This document shows, one piece after another, positions 40,343-49,333 of a DNA stretch of 64,000 nt. The stretch lies in assembly GCA_049965755.1 (NCBI GenBank), contig JBMFVY010000003.1, positions 1,238-65,237 of the forward strand, read 5' to 3'. The notes beneath the pieces are model-generated. The model worked only from the letters and a program-made list of their open reading frames with translations. It had not been told where the DNA came from and did no database searches. The stretch is from Phycisphaerae bacterium (GTDB lineage: Bacteria > Planctomycetota > Phycisphaerae > WQYP01). The translations under genes and the position numbers were made by a program. How positions within the stretch are numbered: position 1 is the first letter of the stretch; the number at the start of each line of letters is the position of its first letter.

Positions 40343-40543
40343 TCACGCCCCGGCGGTTTCGCGCAGGCGCTTGATTTCTTTGTTCTGGGCTTTCCGCAAC
40401 TGACGACGGGCCTTCTCGCTGGGCTTTTCGTAATAGCTGGTCCGCTTCATATCTTTGATCAATCCCTCTTTTTCGCAGAGCTTTTTGAAGCGACGGAGCA
40501 ACTGATCCAGGGGTTCATTGGCCTTGACTTTAACTCTGAGCAT
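40343..40543 (-). CDS. rpsU: 30S ribosomal protein S21
   Basis: MLRVKVKANEPLDQLLRRFKKLCEKEGL...RRQLRKAQNKE is a textbook S21. Confidence 0.95.
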   Translation of the reverse strand: MLRVKVKANEPLDQLLRRFKKLCEKEGLIKDMKRTSYYEKPSEKARRQLRKAQNKEIKRLRETAGA

Positions 40544-41139
40544 TCAAACCTCATTTAACACCTCGACGCCTTCCGGTCGAGACCAACATCCGTTCCAAGT
40601 ACAGCGTACCAGTTGAAGGCATACAGGCTTTTAAGCTGTCCCATCCTAGCACAAGCGACAAAAAAAACGACCTATCCGTTGTTTTTTTCAACGGATGTCT
40701 CAAGCTCATCGCGGATTCGATGCATCGGCACAACCTATTTGGCCGCCATCAAAACTGACGGTATGATAGCAAAATAAGAGTTGCCGAGCAACCACGCCGG
40801 CACGATGATGATCGAGCGTAGTGGCGAGTTCTTCACTTTGTCCGATTTTCGGCGGATCGGATGGGGAAAAAGCGAATTTCATATGCGAAATTTTATTGCC
40901 ATTATGCGTAAATATGAAAAATATTCGATTACAAATGACTGGCGAGCCTCTCAATGTGGATGTATCGCTGATATTCGATCGATTTGCGAGCGATTAGGTA
41001 ATGGCCCCCATTCACATTTCAGCGCATGTGAAGCTCAGCAACCATGCGGGGTCGTGATCATGAGGCTCGATTCCATTTGAGCAATTAAAGGAATTGATGA
41101 AATAGTCGGTCGAGTTGCGGCGTTTTACGGGTAGTTTGA

Positions 41140-41718
41140 ATGGCTTTGGATTCGCAGGCCTTAAGTGCCTTGATTCAACGGTGCCGGGCTGGCGACGAAG
41201 CGGCGTGGGATGAGTTCGTCGGCCTTTATTGGGAGCGACTCTTCGCCTACGCGAGCAAGACCACGCGCAACCCGGATCTGGCTTCCGATCTGGTTCAGGA
41301 AACATTTCTGAGAGTTGTGCAGAAAGTGGGTCGCTATACGGACGAAGGAAAATTTGAGGCTTGGCTTTTCCGGATTATTGTGAATCTGGTTCGGGATAAT
41401 GCCAGATCTAACTCCAGGCGACCGGTTCGGTCTACTGTGGTGGATTTTGAAGCTGGGAAGGAGATCACCGACCACCTGCCTGCGAAGGAAAACGCCGACG
41501 ATGCAGAGCATCGCGAGGAGCGGGAAAAACTTTATGGAGCACTGGAGCAGTTGCCTGAATTGGATCGCCAAGTTCTGCTCCTGAGACATTACGGAAGTTT
41601 GTCATTCAAGGAGATTGCAACGATTATCGGCTGCCCACTTGGTACAGTACTTGCCAGAGCACACCGGGCTCTGGGCAAATTGCGGGTGATCATGGAGGTG
41701 GATCATGAAGCGTCTTAG
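41140..41718 (+). CDS. ECF-family RNA polymerase sigma factor
   Basis: Sigma-70 region 2 (LVQETFLRV...WLFRI) and region 4 (LPELDRQVLLLRHYGSLSFKEIATIIGCPLGTV). Confidence 0.9.
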   Translation: MALDSQALSALIQRCRAGDEAAWDEFVGLYWERLFAYASKTTRNPDLASDLVQETFLRVVQKVGRYTDEGKFEAWLFRIIVNLVRDNARSNSRRPVRSTVVDFEAGKEITDHLPAKENADDAEHREEREKLYGALEQLPELDRQVLLLRHYGSLSFKEIATIIGCPLGTVLARAHRALGKLRVIMEVDHEAS

Positions 41719-42316
41719 TCTTTCACAGGCATGCCTGCTGCATGCGGCAGGTGAAATGGGTGAAAGTTCATCCAAGCGACTGATGGAGCATATCGAAACG
41801 TATCCGGCAGCGATGGTGGAATATGAACAGGCAGTGGCAAAGATTGCCACACTTAAATCAATTCCGTCCATTGATGACGAATTAAAGCCTCTGGAGCAGG
41901 AGCGCATCCGCTCGCAAATTGTCCGCGGTGTCATGGAAAAGCAACGCCGGCAAAAGCGGGCAGAACTCAAGCAAAAATTGCGTCCCCTGTTTTATCGCAC
42001 CATGTCAATTGCGTCGGGTGTGGCGGCAGCGCTGGTGGTGATGGCAGGAATTCATGTCGTGCAGATGCGGTCGGCCGCTCGAGCGCAGCGACTCCGCGAC
42101 GCCGTAACGGATTTCCGTGAATTTGCGCAGACGGATCTGCCGGCAAGCAGAATGCTCAGACTGCAAAAATTGGACTCCGTGGGCGGCATGTCTTCAGGAT
42201 CCGATGAATTCGACGCCGATGCCCCGATCGGTGCGTCCAATAATCTGGTTCAATTCCTGAATGCTTTGGACAGGATAAAACTGAGTGCAGAGTCGGCCGT
42301 CAATCCGGCGCAGTAA
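41705..42316 (+). CDS. putative anti-sigma factor (single TM)
   Basis: Overlaps the sigma factor stop by 14 nt. N-terminal cytoplasmic helix (LSQACLLHAAGEM...), a central TM (MSIASGVAAALVVMAGI) and a C-terminal periplasmic region. Confidence 0.6.
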   Translation: MKRLSLSQACLLHAAGEMGESSSKRLMEHIETYPAAMVEYEQAVAKIATLKSIPSIDDELKPLEQERIRSQIVRGVMEKQRRQKRAELKQKLRPLFYRTMSIASGVAAALVVMAGIHVVQMRSAARAQRLRDAVTDFREFAQTDLPASRMLRLQKLDSVGGMSSGSDEFDADAPIGASNNLVQFLNALDRIKLSAESAVNPAQ

Positions 42317-42432
42317 AAACGGCCGGGGAAAATCATGGACATCGGCTCAATGGAACTGAGCCGCATTTTACAATATCCGTCATGGTGATCATGGATTGAT
42401 GCGGTGACTCGAATCGTGCGGAGCATGTATTA

Positions 42433-43017
42433 ATGAAATTTTCCACCCGTTGGCCGCTGTTGGCAGCCGGAGTATTTTTACTGGCATCGTTTGCGGCCGC
42501 AGCGCCTCAGGCGGTTCAGTCGCCTCCGAAACCTTCAGCGCCGAACATTTCTGCCGCCCAGGTCAACCAGATCATGAATTTTCTCAAACAGACCCAACCG
42601 GGGCTCTATCGCAAGGCGCTGATGCTGAAGAAATCAGACCCGACAAAGTTCTACACCCTGATTCGTGCCGCAGCGCCGAATTTTCGGCGCCTCGAATACA
42701 TGCGGAAATATGATCCAAAACTTTTTGCATACACATTGGAGGACCTGAATTTAACGCACCAGTCCTACTCGCTCGCGTGGAAATTACGTAAGAATCCACC
42801 ATCACCTCAGGACGGAAAACTTCGCTCGCAATTGCTCCATGTCGTCACCCGACAGTTTGAACTGCGCCAGACCATCCGGAAGCACATCATAAATCGTCTT
42901 CTGAAGCGCGTGACCGTATTGAAAAAGCAGTTGTCACAGAGAAGCAAAGACAAGCAGAAAATTATCACCGACCGCATCGAACAACTCACCGGCAAACGGC
43001 TGAATGTAAACTGGTAG
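42433..43017 (+). CDS. secreted alpha-helical periplasmic protein of the ECF sigma module
   Basis: Signal peptide MKFSTRWPLLAAGVFLLASFAAAAPQA, then a helical, Lys/Gln-rich body. Confidence 0.45.
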   Translation: MKFSTRWPLLAAGVFLLASFAAAAPQAVQSPPKPSAPNISAAQVNQIMNFLKQTQPGLYRKALMLKKSDPTKFYTLIRAAAPNFRRLEYMRKYDPKLFAYTLEDLNLTHQSYSLAWKLRKNPPSPQDGKLRSQLLHVVTRQFELRQTIRKHIINRLLKRVTVLKKQLSQRSKDKQKIITDRIEQLTGKRLNVNW

Positions 43018-43088
43018 ACACCGCGGGTACAATTGCAATCGATAGCGGAATTTGCCGCAAGGTAACGCCTGCAGACCGGGCAGGTGCG

Positions 43089-44324
43089 TTGCAGTTTAAG
43101 GAGAAGGTTGTGAAGTGTTTAAATTTAATATTCATACAGGCGGTATTCTGCTCAATCCTGATCGCTGATGCGGCGTTTGGAGCCGGTAAACGTGTCGGAC
43201 CGGGTGTGCCGCCGTTTCGGGTGAGACCGGGCCTGCGCGTTACCCTCGCCGCCAAAGGGCTGCAAAATGCGAGGTTTCTACAGTTTGATCCTGCCGGGCG
43301 GCTCTTTGTAAGCCAACCGGGACGAGGGAATATCGTCCTGCTGAGTAACCCAAATCACGCGGGGTTTTTCACCCGTCATACGGTTTTTGTATCGCACATG
43401 CCGGCGGTTCAGGCCATGGTCTACCGCGATGGATGGCTCTGGTTTGCGTGCGCCGGAAAAATATGCAAAACGCGAGACAACGGCACGCAGATGCACGCCG
43501 GAAAGATTCTGACCGTTATCAGCGGACTTCCGCAGGGAGGGTGGCACTGGTGGCGCAGTCTCTTGCTCACCCAGCATCATCTCTACACCAGTATCGGCGA
43601 CATGCGGAACATCAATGCCGATCCGCCGGCACTGGGACGCGAGGAAATCTGGCAGTACAACTTGGACGGCACCGGCAAAACACTTTTCTGCACCGGCATC
43701 CGAAATACCGAAAAACTCCTCCAGCGCCCCGGCACCCATCAGATATGGGGATGCGATGAGGGGAGCGATCAATTCGGCCATCCGCTGGGTGAAACCACGG
43801 GCCATCAAAAAATTACCGATCTCAACCCGCCGGAAGAAGTTAATCATTATGTTAAAGGCGGATTTTACGGCCATCCGTATGTCGTAGGAAATAATATTCC
43901 ACGCTACGAGTGGCTGAAAAAACTCGGCGATAAGGCCATAGTCAAAATCGCTCAGCATGCCATTCCGCCCGCGTGGTGCCTTGGTGCCCATTGGTCGGCG
44001 GTCTCCGCCTGCTTCCTAACCACCGATTACTTTCCCGGCCTCAAGGGTGATCTGGTCGTCTGCTGCCATGGCTCCTGGGACAGTCAGCCCTTGGTCGGAT
44101 ATCGGCTGGAAGTTGTAACCTTTGATCACTGGACAAAAAACCCTTCCGGACAATTTCCGCTGCTCAAGACGCTGCGGCACGGCAACGACATCTTGGCACG
44201 ACCGGTGAATTGCGTCGAGGCGGCGGATGGATCGCTTTATTTCAGTTCAGATTCCAACAACTGCATTTATCACGTCACTTACGTGGGGCCGAAGGATATT
44301 TCGATGGTATCGACACGGTATTAA
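43089..44324 (+). CDS. PQQ-dependent sugar (glucose/sorbosone) dehydrogenase family beta-propeller protein
   Basis: Signal peptide, propeller-blade repeats, and a GGFYGHPYV motif resembling the GSDH GGNYGWP box. Confidence 0.6.
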   Translation: MQFKEKVVKCLNLIFIQAVFCSILIADAAFGAGKRVGPGVPPFRVRPGLRVTLAAKGLQNARFLQFDPAGRLFVSQPGRGNIVLLSNPNHAGFFTRHTVFVSHMPAVQAMVYRDGWLWFACAGKICKTRDNGTQMHAGKILTVISGLPQGGWHWWRSLLLTQHHLYTSIGDMRNINADPPALGREEIWQYNLDGTGKTLFCTGIRNTEKLLQRPGTHQIWGCDEGSDQFGHPLGETTGHQKITDLNPPEEVNHYVKGGFYGHPYVVGNNIPRYEWLKKLGDKAIVKIAQHAIPPAWCLGAHWSAVSACFLTTDYFPGLKGDLVVCCHGSWDSQPLVGYRLEVVTFDHWTKNPSGQFPLLKTLRHGNDILARPVNCVEAADGSLYFSSDSNNCIYHVTYVGPKDISMVSTRY

Positions 44325-44332
44325 CAAATATG

Positions 44333-44368
44333 AAATCTCAAAATTGAGATTTGAAATTTGAAATCTCA
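44333..44368. terminator. AT-rich bidirectional terminator with triplicated arm
   Basis: AAATCTCA-aaat-TGAGATTT-gaaatttg-AAATCTCA allows two alternative 8-bp hairpins. U-rich flanks exist on both strands. It lies between the dehydrogenase stop at 44324 and the tRNA-Ile 3' end at 44406. Confidence 0.55.
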
Positions 44369-44405
44369 GAGTTTGAACCCGTTGCGCGGCAAATTATGCT
44401 TGGAA

Positions 44406-44479
44406 TGGGCCTGAATGGATTCGAACCATTGACCTCGTCATTATCAGTGACGCGCTCTAACCAACTGAGCTACAAGCCC
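44406..44479 (-). tRNA. tRNA-Ile (anticodon GAT)
   Basis: Reverse complement: acceptor GGGCTTG, D-arm GCTC..GAGC, anticodon stem CGTCA/TGACG with loop CTGATAA, T-arm AATGG-TTCGAAT-CCATT. Not adjacent to any rRNA in this window. Confidence 0.9.
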
Positions 44480-44608
44480 GTATTTTTCCTCCCCGCGGTG
44501 CATGCCTTCCGCACCCCCAAGGAATTCCTCATATTCGCTTTTCACGGCCGGAATGTCAAGCGCGGCGGCAAAATGAAAAGCTGGCCATCATGCCGAATCC
44601 GCCGCCGA

Positions 44609-44923
44609 TTACGCCATGTGAAACATCTCCGTCAAGTCCATTGTTCTGGGGCTGCTGTCCGGATTCGTGGCCATGATGTCCGCCATATAGCCCCACCACT
44701 TCTGGCAGATGGGAGCCTGAGCGATGGCATTCCATCGATCTTCGCTTTCAATCTCCGCATAGGCAAAAAGCTGGTGGGTTTGCGGGCAGAGATAAATGGA
44801 GTAGTTATGCATGCCATGGGATTTGAGCAATGCGGCAAGCTCGGGCCATATCTCATCGTGGCGGCGTTTGTACTCAGCCGCCTTACCGGGATTGAGTTCC
44901 ATGACAAAGGCTTTGCGAATCAT
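44609..44923 (-). CDS. rhaM: L-rhamnose mutarotase
   Basis: [29 protein letters not shown]... is near-identical in pattern to E. coli YiiL/RhaM over its full 104 aa. Start at ATG 44923. Confidence 0.95.
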   Translation of the reverse strand: MIRKAFVMELNPGKAAEYKRRHDEIWPELAALLKSHGMHNYSIYLCPQTHQLFAYAEIESEDRWNAIAQAPICQKWWGYMADIMATNPDSSPRTMDLTEMFHMA

Positions 44924-45028
44924 CGGTACGCTCCATTCCAAAAAAACAGAGGCTCCCAGATCAGTTCCGGGAGCCTCTGCAAAAATAATTCAAGCGGCCA
45001 AGTTTGGCCAGTGTCCTGCGGCTGAATT

Positions 45029-45964
45029 TCACGCGCCCCGCCGACGGCGCAGCAGCAACATTCCTGCGGCAGCGACACCGAGCATCGCCAGGGATGCCGG
45101 TTCCGGCGTTGGGGATGAGGAATTGGGCAGATAGGTGCCGTCCAACGATGGCGCCGCCGTGAAATCATTGGAGGGGAGGGCATTGAGCTGGTCAAGGGGT
45201 ATTTCGGTCGTTGACATAAAGTAGCCGGCGTTGGAGATGATTTCCGTATTGCCGGTGTTGTTGCTGATGAGGGTGAGATATGGTTGGCCGGTCGTGAAAG
45301 GGGCCTCGTAATATTCCGTGGTGGTCAATGAGGGATCGGAGGCGTTGGCGACCGTCGCGGTGATAATTTCATAGGGGTCTGTGCCGAGCTGTGCGGGGCC
45401 AGCGTCGGCAATGGACGACTGATACGTGTACGAGATTGTGGCAACGGGAAGTGCGGCGGAGTTGGCAGCGTTAAACGCGCCCCAATTCATGCCGAGCACG
45501 GGGACATAGGCGCCTGTGGACGCATAACTGGGGCTCGTACCGGGGATCAGCCTATCGCTACCGACATAGGTATACCCGAATACCGCCTGTGTTCCATTAG
45601 CGATAGTGGAACCATTGCTGGAGGTGTAGGCGATATCCGTAACAGGTGGCGGGCTGGAAGAGTACGTGGCCGAGGTTGTCGGCGACGGAAATGGATTCAG
45701 GTAACCAGACGAGGAAAGGCCGTACCCGCTGCTCGCGGTCTCGTTATTTTCGAGAACGATTTGAAACTGCGTCTGGGCGGAGCCGGTATTGTTGTTGACG
45801 GCATAGACGTAATAGGACGAACTGCTCGGCAGAGCCACGGCCGTCGCCTGCGCCCCGGCCGCCGCCACCAGCGGCAGCAGAGCCGCTGCAGCCAGCGCCG
45901 CCGTCGGCGCGAAAGACCACTGGCTGGATGGATTGGACATATCACTTGCGAACTTGCGAAACAT
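45029..45964 (-). CDS. PEP-CTERM sorting-domain protein (exosortase substrate)
   Basis: C-terminal PTPEPASLAMLGVAAAGMLLLRRRRGA (PEP motif, TM helix, Arg cluster). Signal peptide from ATG 45964 (MFRKFASDMSNPSSQWSFAPTAALAAAALLPLVAAAGAQA), with RBS GGGGAG 8 nt upstream. Ser/Thr/Asn-rich repeat body. Confidence 0.75.
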   Translation of the reverse strand: MFRKFASDMSNPSSQWSFAPTAALAAAALLPLVAAAGAQATAVALPSSSSYYVYAVNNNTGSAQTQFQIVLENNETASSGYGLSSSGYLNPFPSPTTSATYSSSPPPVTDIAYTSSNGSTIANGTQAVFGYTYVGSDRLIPGTSPSYASTGAYVPVLGMNWGAFNAANSAALPVATISYTYQSSIADAGPAQLGTDPYEIITATVANASDPSLTTTEYYEAPFTTGQPYLTLISNNTGNTEIISNAGYFMSTTEIPLDQLNALPSNDFTAAPSLDGTYLPNSSSPTPEPASLAMLGVAAAGMLLLRRRRGA

Positions 45965-46495
45965 AGAACTACTCCCCAAAAAGAACTCACCGCCCATCGG
46001 GGCGCTGTAAATATTAAATTTCGGACCGGAACCCACTCCATCTGCCGCCGGACGCCGAAACCAACACGGTGCTGCGCGACCGACGATTAAGTTTGCTATC
46101 CAGCAGAATCTGCTCCCGTCTGCCCATTGATTGATAGAATAACTCAACGCCGATAAAAGTCCATAAAAATCCGCTGGATTCGCAAATATGACGAATTCAT
46201 CGGTCGCTCGACGCCGCGTCGCAAGGGCTGGGTGTGGTGATTTTTCCGGGCAGCCTTAAAAGATACGCACAATATGGCTCAATTGTGGCCATGGCAAGAC
46301 TGTTTCCTGAACAAAAGCGGGTGAGGACACCCGCGCCCCCAGCGGTGCCCGGAAAAATTGCCGCACCCCATGAGCTGCGTCAAAGGCAGCACACTGGCTT
46401 TGCAAGGCTTAGTCTGCTAACGTAGCGGGATGCGGGAAAGGTGTGCCGTGGTAATTGGAGCGGACGATCCCGCGCGTGGAACATGAGGATGAATA

Positions 46496-47995
46496 GTGGC
46501 CGGGCCGGGTAAAAGTCGAAAGAAGGGTTCGCAACCTCATGCGGAGCCGACAGTTGCATTCGTTTCACTGGGGTGCCCCAAGAATCTTATCGACAGCGAA
46601 CGGATGCTGGGGCTTCTGGCCGCCGACGGATTTGCCATTACCGCCGACCATGATCAGGCGGATACGATTGTCATCAACACCTGCGGATTTCTGGAGGCGA
46701 GTAAAACCGAGGCCCTTTACGTTATCAACGAGGCGCTGCAGCTCAAGGCCAAGGCTAAGAAAAAAGGGCGGCAAAAGCGGGTGGTGGTGGCGGGATGTTT
46801 GGTGCAGCGACAGCGGGCCAAGTTACTCGATGAAGTTCCGGAAGTTGATGCACTGGTGGGTGTGTTTGATCGGGAAAACATTGTTGCCGCCGTTCGTGGG
46901 GCGAAGCGGGACGAGCAAGCGCCGGACATGGGTAACTTTCACCCGGTGACACAATTCATTTCCAAACATGATCGAAGCCGGAAAGGGTATTTCGAAGCCG
47001 ATGATTCACGCCTGCGGCTTACGCCACGGCACTATGCTTATCTGCGGATATCGGAGGGGTGCAATCAGGGATGCACGTTCTGTACCATTCCTTCGATTCG
47101 GGGCCGAATGCGTTCCAAGCCGCTGGATGCAATTTTGACCGAGGCCCGCGAGTTGGTCGCCGATGGCACATTTGAACTCAATCTGATCGGACAGGATACC
47201 ACCAGTTATGGAACGGACATCGGCTACGATGGGCCGGGCGAGGGGCTCTCCGGACTTCTCAGAACGCTGGATCAACAAGTTGGCGCCGGATGGATCCGGC
47301 TGATGTATGCGTATCCAAGCTGTTTTACGGACGAGATGATCAAGGCGATCCGCGACGCCGAGCACGTGGTGAAGTATATCGATATGCCGCTGCAGCATAT
47401 TAATGATGACATCCTCCACGCGATGCGGCGGAAGGTGACGCGCAAGCAGATTGAAAAGCTGCTGGACAAGCTGCGACGCTGGATACCGAACATCTCCATC
47501 CGCACCACGCTCATTACCGGCTTTCCGGGTGAAACGGATGAGCAACATGCCGAGCTCGTAAAATTTGTAGATGAATTCGGGTTTGACTGTCTGGGAGTTT
47601 TTGAATACTCGCCGGAACCGGGCACACCGGCCGGTCGGCTGTGGGAATCGCAGGCAGTTCCTGCTGACGTGATGGCGGCGCGACGCGAAGAATTAATGTT
47701 GGCGCAGCGGGCGAATGTGTTGATGAAGAATGAGGCGCTGGTGGGCGAAAAGCTGACGGTGCTCGTGGACAGCGTTGATCGCGGGCAGCGGATGGCGATT
47801 GGACGTTATGATGGCCAGGCACCGGATATTGACGGCGAGGTGATCATCGAGAAGATCGACGCCGTGCCGGGTGAACTGGTGCAGGTGAAGGTTGAGGAAT
47901 TTTCGGGTTACGATCTTCTGGGACGTCGCATCAAAACCATCAAGGCCGGACCGACCCCAAGCACAACACCTTTGCCCATATTGGGCGACCGTTGA
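46496..47995 (+). CDS. rimO: ribosomal protein S12 methylthiotransferase
   Basis: MTTase N-domain (VSLGCPKNLIDSE), radical SAM CNQGCTFC, a C-terminal TRAM domain, and the RimO-specific length. Confidence 0.9.
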   Translation: MAGPGKSRKKGSQPHAEPTVAFVSLGCPKNLIDSERMLGLLAADGFAITADHDQADTIVINTCGFLEASKTEALYVINEALQLKAKAKKKGRQKRVVVAGCLVQRQRAKLLDEVPEVDALVGVFDRENIVAAVRGAKRDEQAPDMGNFHPVTQFISKHDRSRKGYFEADDSRLRLTPRHYAYLRISEGCNQGCTFCTIPSIRGRMRSKPLDAILTEARELVADGTFELNLIGQDTTSYGTDIGYDGPGEGLSGLLRTLDQQVGAGWIRLMYAYPSCFTDEMIKAIRDAEHVVKYIDMPLQHINDDILHAMRRKVTRKQIEKLLDKLRRWIPNISIRTTLITGFPGETDEQHAELVKFVDEFGFDCLGVFEYSPEPGTPAGRLWESQAVPADVMAARREELMLAQRANVLMKNEALVGEKLTVLVDSVDRGQRMAIGRYDGQAPDIDGEVIIEKIDAVPGELVQVKVEEFSGYDLLGRRIKTIKAGPTPSTTPLPILGDR

Positions 47996-48012
47996 AAGAG
48001 CGGAGGTGAGGC

Positions 48013-48672
48013 GTGCCGACTGAATCTCCATCCTCCGCGGCCCCCCATCGACATATTCCAAACCTGATCACCATCGGACGGTTGGTGGTGACGGCTTTCT
48101 TTTTTATCGTGATTAATATGGCGCCGCCCTACCAAGCGGTGAAGGTGTGGATCGCCTTGGCGCTGGTGCTCTTCGCCATCGCGGTCGCCAGCGACATTCT
48201 CGACGGCTATCTGGCCCGTGCGTGGAAGGCGGAAAGCGTTTTCGGGCGCGTGGTGGACCCATTTGCCGACAAAATATTAATCTGCGGCGCATTTGTCTTT
48301 TTTTCGGTACCGGGATGGAACTCTTGGCCGACGGCGCCGCATCTGGCCGTGCTGGGTTTTTCGCCGACGGGAATCACCTCATGGATGGCGGTGGTGCTTA
48401 TAGCGAGGGAATTTCTGGTGACGGGGATCCGATCTCTGGCGGAGGGGCAGGGAATTGACTTTCGGGCGCAGTGGGCGGGTAAAGTGAAGATGGTTCTGCA
48501 ATGCTCGGCGGTTATCGGTGTGATCGTGTGTCAGTTGCTGGCGTGGGAAATGCCGGCGGAAGTATTAAAATGGTTTCTCTACACGCGCGATCTGGCCATC
48601 TGGCTCACACTGGCAGTGACGGTGCTCTCGGCGTGGCAATATATTTCAATGGCACGGCGACTGATCCGATGA
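48013..48672 (+). CDS. pgsA: CDP-diacylglycerol--glycerol-3-phosphate 3-phosphatidyltransferase
   Basis: CDP-alcohol phosphatidyltransferase motif DILDGYLAR...GRVVDPFADK. Lies 17 nt after rimO. Confidence 0.9.
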   Translation: MPTESPSSAAPHRHIPNLITIGRLVVTAFFFIVINMAPPYQAVKVWIALALVLFAIAVASDILDGYLARAWKAESVFGRVVDPFADKILICGAFVFFSVPGWNSWPTAPHLAVLGFSPTGITSWMAVVLIAREFLVTGIRSLAEGQGIDFRAQWAGKVKMVLQCSAVIGVIVCQLLAWEMPAEVLKWFLYTRDLAIWLTLAVTVLSAWQYISMARRLIR

Positions 48673-48723
48673 TGGGCGGGCTGAGAGCTCAGCCATTGCG
48701 GCGGCAGTGAAGGCGGACTTGAA

Positions 48724-49227
48724 CTGAACGACAAACTGAAAAAATGGATCATCACCGGCGGTGGATTGGGGCTGCTTAAACCGGCACCGGGAAGCTGGGG
48801 CTCATGCGGACCGGCGCTGATCTGGTGGCTGCTGCTCTGGGGCGATGTTTCGCCGACGATGCGTGTCGGCATTTCGCTGGCCGTCATTGTCCTTGCGGGA
48901 TTTTTTACGGTTCGCCTCGGCCCCTGGGCGGAAACGTATTTCGGGAAAAAAGATCCGGGGCAGGTGGTGCTTGATGAATATGCCGGGTACCTGACTGCGA
49001 CACTTTTTTTGCCCCTACCTGCCCGATGTGTGGCGCATCCATGGGGTGCGTGGATCGCCGCGGCGATGGTGTATCTGCTTTTCCGTCTTACCGACACGAT
49101 GAAACTGCCGCCCTGCCGCCAATTGGAGAAGTTGCCGGCGGGATGGGGCGTTTTCTGGGATGATATCGCCGCCGGTATTCAAGTGAATATTCTGCTGCAG
49201 CTTGCACTGCGAATATGGCTGCATTGA
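48724..49227 (+). CDS. pgpA: phosphatidylglycerophosphatase A
   Basis: PgpA motifs (GGGLGLLKPAPGSWGS...VLDEYAGY). The conserved N-motif sits upstream of the track start (TTG 48766), so the true start is a non-ATG codon near 48724. Boundary is uncertain. Confidence 0.75.
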   Translation: MNDKLKKWIITGGGLGLLKPAPGSWGSCGPALIWWLLLWGDVSPTMRVGISLAVIVLAGFFTVRLGPWAETYFGKKDPGQVVLDEYAGYLTATLFLPLPARCVAHPWGAWIAAAMVYLLFRLTDTMKLPPCRQLEKLPAGWGVFWDDIAAGIQVNILLQLALRIWLH

Positions 49228-49333
49228 GCAAGCTCGGCTTCCCCGACCGACACCAAACACGGCGGAAGCTGAAGCGATCGGACGAACGGCCAGAGCTGCA
49301 TAGCCGCCCCATCTCCGCGATGTGACTCCCCTG

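Noticed and set aside
40781-41080. 99-aa ORF and other short ORFs in the rpsU-sigma spacer
   Set aside because: AT-rich, no RBS, atypical codon usage for this genome, and no domain. Treated as non-coding, possibly regulatory.
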